This document shows, piece by piece, positions 1 through 13,799 of a stretch of DNA of 64,000 bases. Origin of the DNA: Antedon mediterranea (lineage: Eukaryota; Animalia; Echinodermata). Under the pieces are notes generated by a model. That model searched no databases. It was not told the DNA's origin and worked only from the letters and a program-made list of their open reading frames with translations. The stretch lies in assembly GCF_964355755.1 (NCBI RefSeq), contig NC_092677.1, positions 1,076,101 to 1,140,100 of the forward strand, in the 5' to 3' direction. How positions within the stretch are numbered: the first letter of the stretch is position 1; each line of letters begins with the position of its first letter. The position numbers and the translations under genes are program-made.

Positions 1-355
1 GTATTTTTGTTGTTTAATAATGTATTTTTGTTACATTAAAATTGTTTCACTACTGATATAACTTATAACTCTTGTTAGAGGACGTTTTTCTCGTTATAAT
101 TACCGGTACGATTTTGTAGACAATATTCTTTGTAATTTGCAGATACACACTATTTAAAGGGAAATGTTATTATTGCTTTATGTTAATTGAACTTAACATT
201 TTCGCAGTATGTAATACGTGAATAATTGATTATTATCCTATTTATATTATTGTTTCTTAGATTAGTAGTAGGCCTACTTTATTGGTATACATGACACCTG
301 TTTTAAGGTCAACTATTCATTTTTCCAATTGTATAAGTTAAAACTATTAACTTAC

Positions 356-3300
356 TACCAAAGATAAAGCCAAAATATAGGCCTATAGCAAGCACTATCA
401 ATACAATCGTTACTGGTATAACAATTCCAACTGTAAAAAATAATATAAATTATTAAGTAAAAACAACACGACATTATGTGTATAAAATTAACTCTCTTAA
501 CTTTTGCTTAACATAACATATATATTTTATGGAAAGGCAAAAAATGTGATGAAACAACCGACCATACTCTGTGCATTGTATCTTTAATATTTTACACATT
601 ACGTCTTATGTATATAATTCATCAATTCTTACGATACATATTTATGTTCAATGTTTATTCTCCATAACCAGTATTGCTAAACTAGTTGTTTGAAATAGAT
701 GCTCAGCTGAGTAGTTGGTAAACGTTTTATCATAAATTAGTTTTTAACCAATTTATATTTTCTGAATAAGACTCACCTATAAGATCAGCACTTTGCCCAT
801 CACTGGGATTATAGACATCACTAGCTGTAATATAAAGTTAAAATATTCTTGTGAAAACTTTATGCGGTACTAATCAAACGGAAAAAAAACCCCACAAAAG
901 TTGTTTTATAATAATTATTTTACATTCTGTGTTATAAATGATGATAACGATGACAATGTTGAAGTGAATGGAAACTTCAGACATATGGCCATCGTGCATT
1001 TTCTTGTGCAGCACCCATTTTGTGGAATAAACTGCCAATCGACATAAAGACATCTGAAAACATCTTTCAAAACACGACTAAAACCCATTTTTACACAGAG
1101 GCATTTCCTGCTTAACTTTGTCAAGCGCCTTTGAACATTATTTCTATGGATACTGGCGCTATATAAATCTGATTGATTGATTGATATTTGACAAAATTGT
1201 GCAGCATTAGCAGCAGCATTAGAATTAGCAGTAGCATTAGCATTAGAAGCAGCAATAGCATTAGCATTAGCAGTAGCATTAGCAACAGCATTAGCATTAG
1301 CAGCAGCATTATCAGTAGCAGCATTAGCAGCAGCATTAGCATTAGCAGCAGCATTATCAGTAGCATTAGCATTAGCAGCAGCATTATCAGTAGCATTAGC
1401 AGCAGCATTAGCAGCAGCATTAGCAGCAGCATTAGCATTAGCAGTAGCATTAGCAACAGCATTAGCATTAGCAGCAGCATTATCAGTAGCAGCATTAGCA
1501 GCAGCATTAGCATTAGCAGCAGCATTATCAGTAGCATTAGCATTAGCAGCAGCATTATCAGTAGCATTAGCAGCAGCATTAGCATTAGCAGCAGCATTAT
1601 CAGTAGCATTAGCATTAGCAGCAGCAGCATTAGCAGCAGCATTAGCATTAGCAGCAGCATTATCAGTAGCATTAGCATTAGCAGCAGCATTAGCAGCAGC
1701 ATTAGCAGCAGCATTAGCATTAGCAGTAGCATTAGCAACAGCATTAGCATTAGAAGCAGCATTATCAGTAGCATTAGCAGCAGAATTAGTATTAGCAGCA
1801 GCAGCATTAGCAGCAGCAGCATTAGCATTAGCAGCAGCATTAGCAGCAGCATTAGCATTAGCAGTAGCATTAGCAACATCATTAGCAGCAGCATTAGCAG
1901 CATTATCATTAGCAGCAGCATTAGAGCATTAGCAGAAGCATTAGCAGTAGCATTAGCAGCAGCATTATCATTAGCAGCAGCATTAGAGCATTAGCAGCAG
2001 CATTAGCATTAGCAGCAGCATTATCATTAGCAGCAGTAGCAGTAGCATTAGCAGTTTCATTAGCATTAGCAGCAGCATTAGCAGCAGCATTAGCATTAGC
2101 ATTAGCAGCAGTAGCACAGCAGCAGCAGCAGCGGTGGCAGCAGTAGCACAGCAGCAGCAGCAGTAGTAGTACGTTTTTCATCTAAGAATGATGTTAAAGA
2201 TAATGGAATGTGTGTGTACTTACAGTCTAGTTTGAGTGAAGCAGTGTTGCTAAGTTTCCCTTGCATTCCACGATAAGCAGCATTCTCTGCTCTACACTGG
2301 TAATCTCCTTCATCTGATACATTTACTTTATTAATAATTAATGCTGAATCAGAATATGAATATTTGTCTGTATCAGCCGTATTAAGTATGACGTCACCTT
2401 TACACCATGTGACGGTAATGGGGGTTGGTACACCATCAAGTGAAGAACACGTAAACATTGCTGTTTCATTTACCATCACAGACAGTTCTTGAGGCTCCAA
2501 AACAGGGTTGTTTAGATCTGCAATGCACAGAACACATTACATAGCATGTTTTAATATTAATGTTCTTACTGTAGACCTACATTTGTTTCATCCACGAGTG
2601 AGATGATTACTAAAATTTAGCAAGCCAATCAATGTTTTTCTTTAGAGACATTCATTCATTCAGGCGCGCTTTACCTGACTACAGGTATAGTCCAAACTGT
2701 TCATGGTTTTTTAATAACTTGTACTTTCAACAATTTTATAAAATTAAGCAATAATGGTCAACAAAAAAATGTAATAATCTGAAAGTAGAGTAAATCTGAA
2801 ATTTTAAGCATGATAAATAAATTTAAAAATTATTATATAGACGATCCGATAGAATTTAAAAGTGTTAGGATTTTCTATGAATAATTGTGATATAAACTTA
2901 TTTCTAACTCACATTGTACCGTAAGTGAGGCATGGTCATTAGCGGAATTCTCTTTAGTCGTAGTGATTTTACAGAGATAGTTGCTAGTATCATTTACTTT
3001 AACATTGGTAATGATAAGATCGTTATCATTAGATAACCTATAACGACCATTAGTTGTCTGTCCTGTAGCCAATAGAGTGTCCCCTACTTGTTGACCATCT
3101 TGGTCAGCTTTTGTCCAAACCAGTTGTAACAATGAATCTGCTGTAACAAGTGTATAAATACACGATATTATTGCATCTTCAGCAACCTTTACTGTATCAG
3201 GAACCATGACCGTCACCGATGTAGGTTGTGCATTAACTAAAACATAAAAACGCCTTGAATGTTTACTTTTATGATTATGTAAAGTCAGACGTTGAATCTG

Positions 3301-4358
3301 TACATCAAATAAACAAAAGTTGTACGCTAAATGGAAATATAAGTTATATAAATATATAAAAAATAAAATCCTTGTAATTCAAATAATTCGAATTAACGGT
3401 AAACATTTTTGAAGATTTTGAAAACCAAACTAAAAAAAGTACCGACCGAGTTATTTATTTGAAACACAGCCCTCATAAATTATATGTATGTATGTATTAC
3501 TCATCTGACTCATCAGATAGAAGTTTAGGCATTTTTCTTCACCTCAAATCTTTCGGAAAACCTATCTGTCAGATAAAGCTTTCGAGATATTTAAAGTAAT
3601 AAATACTTTCTTACACAGTACTTTATTGTAAATACTTACGATTGACATCAAGTTTTCCATAATCTTCACCAGTTTCGCCAGATGAATCCACAATTCTACA
3701 CTGATAATACCCGTCATCAGGTAGGTCTATGTTTATAATGGTGAGAGTAGCCACACCAGTTTGAGGAGTTTCTATTGTGATATCAACTTGATATCTACTA
3801 TTTGGATTAGATATCAGAGTATTAACGAGGATATTCAACTCATCTCCTGCTGAAGTGCTATTCAACCATTGAACACTATAAAGTGTTCTTGTTGTATCAC
3901 TGAGTGTGTAGTAACACTTGATATTAGCATCTTCACCTAATGTTACATTGCTATTCTGTACACTGACTTTTGGAAGGGTATTTATTTGACTGTTTGTAAC
4001 TGAAAAATAGAAACAAGTGGTCATGGTAAGAGAGTAAGTTAACAGATGGGGTGGGACCCTTTTCCCTAAATTCGTCACTTCCCATTATGTAGAATCCACT
4101 GATTATTTTTCAAACCACAATATCAGAACACATAGATACAATTATATGAAATAATTACACCAAAGCCTATCGTTTATTTCATGTTTCTTTGTTTTTTTTA
4201 CAGAATTTCGTAATTGGGTGGGAGCTATTTCACTAGGACCAGAACAATTGCAATTTATATATTGATATCTATAAAATGTTGAAAATCAAAAACACCCCAG
4301 ATTTACCGTGCACTGCTGTAGCAACCAAAGCGATGAACATGAGATGTTGTGTGGTCAT
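356..4358 (-). CDS. IgSF receptor gene 1 (leader-V-V-I-stalk-TM; cytoplasmic exons not identified, probably off the left edge). Exons 4358-4307, 3999-3640, 3236-2913, 2517-2224, 824-777, 430-356
   Basis: Leader MTTQHLMFIALVATAVH. Three phase-1 Ig exons (360, 324, 294 nt), each with C..W..D-x-[G/S]-x-Y-x-C. Stalk exon SSDVYNPSDGQSADLI and TM exon VGIVIPVTIVLIVLAIGLYFGFIFG. All have GT-AG borders in frame. Confidence 0.85.
1201..2170. repeat. Compound microsatellite (AGC)n/(AGCATT)n in an intron of gene 1
   Basis: Near-pure agc/agcatt/agcattatc units. They generate the spurious poly-Leu/Met and poly-Ser/Ile ORFs. Confidence 0.95.
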
Positions 4359-5574
4359 CTTGAATCAACCTAAAATAACAAGTATATTTACTAGTTACAT
4401 GAAAACAAATCACAAATAGAGGAAATACAAGTTTACTTCTTTACATGACGCTGGATGCAAGGAGGCAGGATTATATTTTTATTGTTTCTCCTTAAACACC
4501 AACCAACAAAACCCTTGAAAGTGATTATGCTCCTCGGTGGCTTAAATCTCATTATTCATCACTTTGACAACCACCACCCAGGATATCATGTGTCGCCTAT
4601 CACATTAATGCCTGTATATTGGAAGGTTCTACGATACAGGCGTCACACTCACATGTGAAAGACATACTGTGTACTATATCAAAGAATTCGCTATGAAACT
4701 GGACAAGTTTAGATACAGTACCGGGATAATCGGCTAAAATATGATGCAATAGAAAAGGTTTATAGTGCCGACGTATATGTTGAAGCAAGTCACTCAGAAA
4801 AAAAAGTATAATTGGCAGATGTGTTCATAAAAGTGTGTTTACTTTATGTATTTTGTGATGAAAGTGGGCTTAATCATTTCATAAGTAAAACTAATAATTA
4901 CAACCATGATTTGACCAATCGCTAGCATTAACATCGGTTCAGTTTCTGTTGGCAAGTCTCGTCCACGAATTTTTGTCGCCCTCTGCGTTCATTTTAACAC
5001 ACACACACAAAGTAATGTACTAGAACTGGAGTTCACTACGTGATATTTTCCCGACACTTAACAAAGTAAGTTGCTTCTTTTCGTAATATTAACATAAGTA
5101 TTACATAATAATATTATATATAATATAGCCAATGTAATAAAGGAGTGTATAGTAGGTTTCGATACTTCAGCTTTACTTAATGCAATATGAGTCCTACTTT
5201 CAAAATTCGATTATTAAGGAATGTTCTGCTTAAAATGCACACATACTACTGCTTGCATATGTACACTATTCAACGATCATTACCAATAGCAACGAACATT
5301 CTTTATTATTTAGGTATTGTATATATAATCATTTACGACCACCAATAAGCTATTTTTTCTAGCCAGAATAGATTTGCTATACGAGGTGGCTCTCATGCTG
5401 ACTTTAAAGAAGATAATCCAACATGAAGTGCTGTCGTCTCTTGAGAAAAGGTTTACCATTAGGCCTATAATAAAATGTACAATGTAAACTTACCATCCCC
5501 CAAATGTCACCACATTTATTTAATTCTAATTAACTAAAGCATGTTACTTCACTTTTTTTTTGCAGAGATTAAAA
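4359..5574. promoter_or_regulatory. Divergent intergenic region between genes 1 and 2 (probable promoters and 5' UTR exons)
   Basis: Start codons at 4358(-) and 5575(+) face away from each other about 1.2 kb apart. Both leader exons have upstream splice acceptors, implying non-coding first exons here. Confidence 0.45.
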
Positions 5575-8500
5575 ATGACGATATATAAATGGGAGTTAAT
5601 TATCCTAATGTTTCAGATATGTGATGGTAAGTATAACATTTATATTGATAGAAATATAGATATATAAGCTGCAATACCAATTCTTAATTCTTGGTTCTCA
5701 CTAGGACGTAACGCAAGGACGTGCAACGCAAGCGATTTAACCAATGACTAGCAATGGATTATTCTGTTGCTTGTCATTGATCAACTCACTTGCGTTGTGC
5801 TTAGGTCATTGTGATGAATCAAAGTGGGAACTGATGTGACAAATTCGGTTAAAATTTGATATATTTTTTTTTCAGTTATAAATAGCCAAACTCTTCCAAT
5901 AGTGAATGTACAAGACGTTGATGTTACATTAGGTGAAAATGCTCTTATCATCTGTAATTATACATTCATTGACGCAAGAACACTTCTCGGTGTTCAATGG
6001 TACAATAGCACATCAACAGGAGATGAGTTAAACCAACTCCTCAACTCCCAGATATCTTATTCAAATGGCAGATATACAGTTGTCGCCTCCAGACAATCTG
6101 CTCAAACTGGAACAGCTACTCTCACCATTGCAAACACAGTGTTGTCTGATGATGGATACTATCAATGTAGAGTTGTTGATTCATTTGCCGAGACTGGTGA
6201 ACATTTTGGAAAACTGAATGTTCAATGTAAGTATCAGTAATGCTATTGTGAATGCTTTTTCTTTGGTATAACATAGGCCTACACTATGCGACGGTTGTGG
6301 TTTATGTAAAGTAGTTACCTAGCCTAACATACCGATCGATAGTGTAGCTTGCGAGATTCACCATGGTAACCTAATATTTATTGAAGCACATAATTGTGGT
6401 ACGTTTATTACAATTTAAAAAAACTTAATTCCTAAACAACATTATAATAAAAATGTTTCCCATTTTTCTTAGATGTTTTATATTCTATAACATTCGTACG
6501 TGAAGTCGTCACCACCACAGGCGGTTGATCATTCACACAATATAACACATGTTAATTGTTTCAATTCAATTCAATTCAAATTCAAAATTCATCCCACACG
6601 GAGCAATTCAAATAAAAAGGTCTGGATTAAAATGATCTTACAAAATATACAAAATATCACAATACACTAGTAGGTTACAATATAACAAGAGTCAAAGTTC
6701 AAGAATTTAGAAGTCGGATGGCCACTGGCAAAAACGAATTTCTTTTCCGGTTTGTTTTACATGCCGGGCATCGAAAGCGACGCCCATGAGGCATAAGCTC
6801 GAAATCACTGAACAAGGCATGGTTAACATTGTTAGAATAGTTCTACTTTTTTATAGTTTTTCATTGGCATAATATGTAGAAACAATAATTATAATAATCC
6901 ATCCATCATCCGGAAACCGTATAATCGGACTAACTAGTAACATTATAAACACTCCCATATCCGGTAAATTTTTAAAATAAAACAAAGCAATCTCTATTAT
7001 GTCAATGGTGATGATTAATTAAAAAATAATAATATAAAACAGTATAAAAAGAGGCCTATATAATAATAGGCGTACATTCGAGTTTTAAAAACACATTTCT
7101 AATCTGTACAAGATTGGAAAGCCCTCATCGCGATCAAGCAAAGAGCGGGTTGACTCTCAAAGCAGCGCGTACGTTAAAAAATGTTATAATATTTGTTTTT
7201 CTATTATCTGAAAAATGTCTACGTGCGTCCATGCTTTTTGATTGAAGATACATATACATCAGTATTTCATATTAAATAAAAATATACCAATAACAATAAC
7301 ATAAAAACAATAACATCGAACAAATAACGCGTTGATATCACAGTAAAAACAAATAATATGTTACTATCTTTATGCCTCAATATCCATCAATCAATAATTG
7401 TATTTAATCCATGAAAGAGTGCGATAAGTTCTACAAACTATGTTCACATGCAAATGGAAATGTCTTATAATACATCTTACAGATATCGATGACGTCATAA
7501 TTGATATCAGTTCATCTACTGATAGATATTTTGATTTGACGTGTTCTGGAAATGGTAACCCGGTTCCTCAAATGGAACTCTACCATAACGGGGTCATCAT
7601 AGAAAAGGATACTTCAACAATGATAAGACACTCAAGAATGCAAGTAACAACAGATGACAGTGGAAACTATAGATGTATTGCTAGTAATAGTGTTGGACAA
7701 AAGGAAAGTGACGTCATAGAACTAAATTACTGTAAGTATAAACATGAGAATGGTCAGTCTCTTCCCAAGTTAGTCTCATTTACTATTTTTATGTTATTCA
7801 TTTATTTCACCACCAACAAACAAACACCAACAACACCACTACCACTACAACAGCTTAATATCCAGATGCAGTATGCAGATGACATTTCATTTATTAGCGA
7901 CTCAAAAGAACACATAACTAAAATAAAGAAAAAAGTAACAGAGAAATTAGCAGAATTCAATCTAAAGATAAACGAAAGTAAAACAGAAGAATACCTAATA
8001 GGAAGAAACACCGATAGTAAATGGGAAGAATGCAAATACCTCGGTAGTAACTTGGACACAGAAAAAGACATTAAAAGAAGAAAATCACTAGCAGCTATGG
8101 CATATAACAAGCTGAAGCCGTCGCTAGAACACAAAACGATGTCTATAGACGTGAAATCCCGTTTGTTTGACGCATACATAGCAAGTATTTTCTTATATAA
8201 CAGTGAACTCTGGGTACTAAACAAAAAATTACAAGAGAGTATAGATATATATCACAGGAAAATGTTGCGAAAGATGATAGATATTAAATTAACTGATAGA
8301 GTGTGTAACACGAAAATATACGAGATAACAAAACAAGAAGAATGGAGTAAAAGAATTAAACGAAGGAGACTAAAATGGTATGGACACATAATTAGATTAC
8401 CGGATGATACCTCAATCAAACAAACAATGAAGGAAACTAACAGGAAAGTAAAACGACCCGTAGAAAGACCAAGAAATAACTGGATGAATCAAATAAAGAA

Positions 8501-11500
8501 AGACTTACAAGGACTAGTAGACACTAACACAATAACAAACCATCCTGCCATAAACAGAAACAAATGGAAACAAATTGTGGAAAGCGTAATGTCGGAAGAC
8601 GGAAAACGTTAGCAACAAACAACAAGCAACAACAAACAAAAAAGTAACAACAATACAATTATAACATTCATTTAGTTTGCACCATTATATAAATGACGAT
8701 AGATGATAATTAAAAAAAAAATGATTTATATATAAATTTCAAAATGTATTGTTCCCCAAAAACATGAAAAAGTAAAGATTTTATCCCACTTTGTAGTTTA
8801 AACACAGTAAACACGAACCGTAAAAACCCAAATGGAAACTAATTCATTTTTTAGGATTTATTGAGTTGTCCTGAATTCATCATCAAATGTTTCTCCTGAT
8901 GTTTTATCATTTGACTGTTTTTGTGTATGATATATATGTATGTATTCGAAATAAAAACAAATAAAAACAATGATTTCACATAACAAAATAAACCCAAAAC
9001 CCCATTGTCTAAGAGACAATTGGATTCCTATATTTTTCTTTAAAATACAGTTTTTCAGGTAAATAAATTTAATTCAATATTAGTTCAATATTGTTTTTGT
9101 CTTGTGTTGGTTCGTCCCACTTTTATTATTTCAATATTATTTGATTAAAATGGCATATTCGACATTCAACGACGTCATAAAATAATATAAAAAAAACAAA
9201 TAATCTTTAAGTAACAATACAAACTTATTAAAGTGAAATAAAAAGTGTTAAAGAACTTATGCTTGGAATCTCTGGTTTTATAGAAATTAAAATTACATTA
9301 AAATCTTAATTTTTGTCCTATACTCTCTCCCTCGCATGCTTACAAATAACATCTTTTGGTTCTTCAGATAAACCCAGATTGTGTTCACTAAATTATTATA
9401 AACGTGCTGTTACTGGTGAAACTGTTACAATAGACATCATCAAGTTATCGTATAATCCTACTGACGTCACTTATAAATGGACTATTAATGATCTTAATAT
9501 TGATTACGATGATGATAAACCGACATTAACATTCATCGCCGCACCACAATCGACAGAATATAATATCACAGTGAATATTACCAATAGCATTGGATCTACA
9601 ACTGATTATGCAACCGTAAACGTCTCCGGTAAGACTTTCATTTTATTGAGTCACGTGCATCGTATGGTAATAATATCTACACAAAAAATTATGTATTTCC
9701 CTTTACAGATGATAGGTTCATATTTCCCTTTACAAATAGCTTCATGTATTCCCCTTAGTGAACTACGGTTTTCTATGAAACATGTTTTGTAATAGTCTGG
9801 GCTCCAGACGGAGTTTTTTCTTAATATTAGTAAAAATATAAACATTTTTGCACATATGACGTTTCATACGTGTATTACTTGAGTTTGGATATTTTCAGAC
9901 AAAAATCGCGGTCGAAATAAAAACAAATAAATTATAAAAAAAACAATACAGACTTGGGGCAAGTCTAGTTTTGTAATAGCATTGCGGGAACACGGAAATG
10001 TTGAATTTTATTAACGTTCATTAACCGTGTTCAATTAACGTCTTTGAGACGTAATTTCTAACGTTCACAATAGCCCTTCACAACGTACAGTATTTATAAA
10101 TTCTGTTTCCTGTATTTTTCTGTTAGAGATACCATGGAGTTCCTCCATGGAGATACCAGAAGTATGCAACAACAGCACAGGTATAATCATAGGAATGTTC
10201 TTTGTTGGCTTGACAATTGGTATCTTTGGCTTAAGTACTGGGATTGTCATTTACAAAAAGACTACGCAGGTTAGTTAGGTATCATATCAAGTTCTAAATC
10301 AAATCAAAATACTTAAATTAATTCCTCATTTAAATTTAAATCACATGAATTCATTACACTAATCATCTTTATTGGAAAAACGACACCTCGATGGCACACG
10401 TGTCAACCAAGAAGAACAAAACAAACCTTAAAAACAACTTTCGCTAACAATGAAACTTCTTACGAGAATGAATCACTAATTTTTTTTAAAAATCGATAAA
10501 TTTGTTTATGACAGAGATCATCAAAAGGCAAGCCAAACAAGGACAAGCTAAATCATGAGGTAAGCATGGTCTATCTATGGCAAATAAATAGTTGGCGCAA
10601 CGTTGTTTTACTTCATCGTTTTGGTTTAGCCTTTTGCTTATTTTATTTAAAAAAAAAATGTCTATTGCGATCCAGCCACTGATACCCACAACATTGTTAT
10701 TTTATCAGTGCTTATTTTATTTATGTATCTCCACTGATACCCACATCATTGTCATTTTTTCAGTGCTTATTTTATTTGTATCTCCATTGATATCCAACCA
10801 CTGATACCCACATCATTGTCATTTTTTCAGTGATTATTTTATTTGTATCTCCATTGATATCCAGCCACTGATACCCACATCATTGTCATTTTGTCAGTGA
10901 TTATTTTATTTGTATCTCCATTGATATCCAGCCACTGATACCCTCATCATTGTCATTTTGTCAGTGCTTATTTTATTTTGTATCTCCATTGATATCCAGC
11001 CACTGATACCCTCATCATTGTCATTTTGTCAGTGCTTATTTTATTTTGTATCTCCATTGATATCCAGCCACTGATACCCACATCATTGTCATTTTGTCAG
11101 TGATTATTTTATTTGTATCTCCATTGATATCCAGCCACTGATACCCACATCATTGTCATTTTGTCAGTGCTTATTTTATTTTGTATCTCCATTGATATCC
11201 AGCCACTGATACCCTCATCATTGTCATTTTGTCAGTGCTTATTTTATTTTGTATCTCCATTGATATCCAGCCACTGATACCCACATCATTGTCATTTTGT
11301 CAGTGATTATTTTATTTGTATCTCCATTGATATCCAGCCACTGATACCCACATCATTGTCATTTTGTCAGTGCTTATTTTATTTTGTATCTCCATTGATA
11401 TCCAGCCACTGATACCCTCATCATTGTCATTTTGTCAGTGCTTATTTTATTTTGTATCTCCATTGATATCCAGCCACTGATACCCACATCATTGTCATTT

Positions 11501-12142
11501 TGTCAGTGATTATTTTATTTGTATCTCCATTGAGATCCAGCCACTGATACCCACATCATTGTCATTTTTTCAGTGCTTATTTTATTTGTATCTCCATTGA
11601 GATCCAGCCACTGATACCCACAACATTGTCATTTTTTCAGTGCTTATTTTATTTTGTATCTCCATTGATATCCAGCCACTGATACCCACAACATTGTCAT
11701 TTTTTCAGTGCTTATTTTATTCTATATCTCCATTGATATCCAGCCACTGATACCCACAACATTGTCATTTTTTCAGTGCTTATTTTATTCTATATCTCCA
11801 TTGATATCCAGCCACTGATACCCACAACATTGTCATTTTTCAGTGCTTATTTTATTCTATATCTCCATTGATATCCAGCCACTGATACCCACAACATGGT
11901 TATTTTTTCAGTGCTTATTCTATATGTATCTCCACTGATGATATCACATCATTTTAATTCTTTCATACATTTTACTTTTGTTGATTAATATTATATTATT
12001 ATTTTTTCCTTTACAGCCATACATGGAATATAGGCCTAATGATAATACTGAAGGGGACAATAAAACCTACCAAGAACTACAACATAAAGCAGAGGAACCA
12101 GCTTATGTTAATGTTAAGGCTGGTGGTAAGAGAAGGAAGTGA
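5575..12142 (+). CDS. IgSF receptor gene 2 (leader-V-Ig-Ig-like-TM-ITAM-like tail). Exons 5575-5626, 5876-6226, 7483-7731, 9368-9628, 10127-10269, 10515-10559, 12017-12142
   Basis: Leader MTIYKWELIILMFQICD. V exon ending DDGYYQC; Ig2 with DSGNYRC; third beta-sandwich exon. TM GIIIGMFFVGLTIGIFGLSTGIVIY. Last exon PYMEYRPNDNTEGDNKTYQELQHKAEEPAYVNVKAGGKRRK*. All exon phases are compatible. Confidence 0.85.
5689..5830. mobile_element. Degenerate short MITE (cttggttctcactag...cgcaag family); related copy at about 31417-31565
   Basis: Shared terminal motif cttggtt[c]ccac and internal gaccaat[g/c]ac / cttgcgttg palindromic remnants. Confidence 0.4.
6560..6860 (-). mobile_element. 3' end fragment of a non-LTR retrotransposon (L2/Rex-like)
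   Basis: Minus strand translates HALFSDFELMPHGRRFRCPACKTNRKRNSFLPVAIRLLN, a typical LINE ORF2 C-terminus, followed by a (TTGAA)n tail. Confidence 0.6.
7815..8655 (+). mobile_element. 5'-truncated LINE (RTE-like reverse transcriptase C-terminal half) in an intron of gene 2
   Basis: QYADD, KYLGS, LYNSELW and RRRLKWYGHIIR motifs; stop at 8612; (AAC/AAAC)n tail. Confidence 0.8.
9793..9968 (+). mobile_element. Short interspersed repeat; second copy at about 32473-32636
   Basis: Both copies run tagtct..tccagac.gagtttt...gcacatatg.cgtttcat...agacttgg..ggcaagtcta. Confidence 0.55.
10668..11940. repeat. Minisatellite, about 60-61 bp unit, about 20 copies, in the last intron of gene 2
   Basis: Unit gtatctccattgatatccagccactgatacccacatcattgtcattttgtcagtgcttattttattt repeated in tandem. 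Confidence 0.95.
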
Positions 12143-13799
12143 ATATTACAACAGACAAATTAAATAACACAGCCGAATACAGAATACATGCTTGTTCATT
12201 TACACAACAACAATTTAAAGATGCTAAAGATGAAATGGATCAAATACATGCCATGACTGTGCGATGTTGTTTCAGAAATTCGTTTTTGTTAAATTCTATT
12301 CATACTAACTCAATTTTAATGCAAATGTAATTTGTAACATTTTCCGATTTCAAATCTCTTTTTTTCAAAGATCTTTTTTAAATGTTATTGTATATTACAT
12401 TAAAACACCTATAATTGTTTTGCAATTAATTAAGTACGCAGTGTAGTTAACATCAGCATTTACGGATTTTTTCGAGAGGTTTTCCAACTTTCGTAAGTCC
12501 TTGATTGACACCGAAGTGTTTAAAGTGATGTCATGAATAAAGTCACCGAACTTTCGACAGCAAATTGAAGATAAACTGGAGTTTTATGACACAATTTTAT
12601 TGTATATACGTTTACACTTTTTTCGCGCCGCGGCTCTAGCCAGCTATGTCCAAGAAGTACATATTCATTAATAAGCTGTTTCATAGCGGTAGCTTTAGTA
12701 TCTAACACTGACAGATTTGCGAATTTGTAAATTCGACTATAATTTATAGGTCCCAGCTGCTGGACCCAAAACAAGTCTGGGAAAAGAGAGTCTATGAGGG
12801 CTCACGGTTGCACGATTTTGGATTCTCGCCCTTCGATTGGTTGACGTGAATCAACAGACTGCCGTGAAGTCACCTTGTCTCTAGAGGGTATTCAGTTATT
12901 GCATGCCTACAGTACAGGTTGAGGTCACACACAAACAGGCTACAGCACATTGAAGTTCAAAATTGACCATTTTTTGATTGTTGGAAAGGTACACATGTCT
13001 TCTTTCAAATGCTGTGTATACAATTAACTAGTGAAAAAATGGGCATGTGATTTATAATTAAAGAACTATTTGTGATTTGTATGTATTTTTGCGATTAAAG
13101 GACATCTTTTTAATAATTAATCATAAGTTGCAAAAGAACAATGATTAATGTTAAAATGTCGAGCGGCGTTTTTTGTAAGAAATATTTCTTGTTCACTTTT
13201 GTTTTTAATCTGAAACTACATAAACTTTCCTGTATCTTGCATTCTTATTGACATAAATAAAATAATAATAATAATAATAATAATAAATAGAATAAATAGA
13301 CTTTATAATAACACTAGGACTGAAATAATTCTAAAAAATAAAAAAAATAAAAACGAAAGGTTCCTAGGTTTATCCTATTGTTTGGTTTCTATTGAACTAC
13401 CGGTAACAATCATTCTTAGATGGTATCAATATTGTTTCCCCTGTTTCTTTTTACTACACTATGTTGTACTTCCCGGTAGGGATGAACTGAACATTGTCTG
13501 CCTGCTGCAAGTGTATTATACAACAAAATAATTTGGTATAATTTGGTGGCGCTGTTTCAAAATTAAATGTACAGTATTAGAAAGATAGATAGATCATTAG
13601 TGATTACCTCCCTAATAATGATGACGTTCAGCGAGTGACTCATTTTTGTACAATATTTTATTTATTATAAATGTATTTATTGAAGACCAGTTCATGTAGA
13701 AATTAAAATGTTTTATAAATTCATATTTGAATTTGTAAGAAAGAAAAGGAAGATAAAGAAAAACCAAAACCAAACTCTATTACAACAAGGCCAACAGCC

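Noticed and set aside
1121-2181. Long poly-Leu/Met, poly-Ser/Ile and Ala/Asn ORFs
   Set aside because: They are translations of an intronic (AGC)/(AGCATT) microsatellite that lacks stops in some frames. There is no convincing exon structure.
7440-8612. 390-aa ORF that looks like an Ig-reverse transcriptase fusion (DGR-like diversification idea)
   Set aside because: The Ig part ends at a canonical donor (T|GTAAGT, 7731). The RT part is a 5'-truncated LINE lacking the N-terminal RT motifs, so the in-frame read-through is probably chance. No template/variable repeat pair was seen.
10668-11940. Regular 60-bp array resembling a CRISPR array or coding repeat
   Set aside because: It is a pure tandem minisatellite with frame-breaking 60/61-bp units and no spacers.
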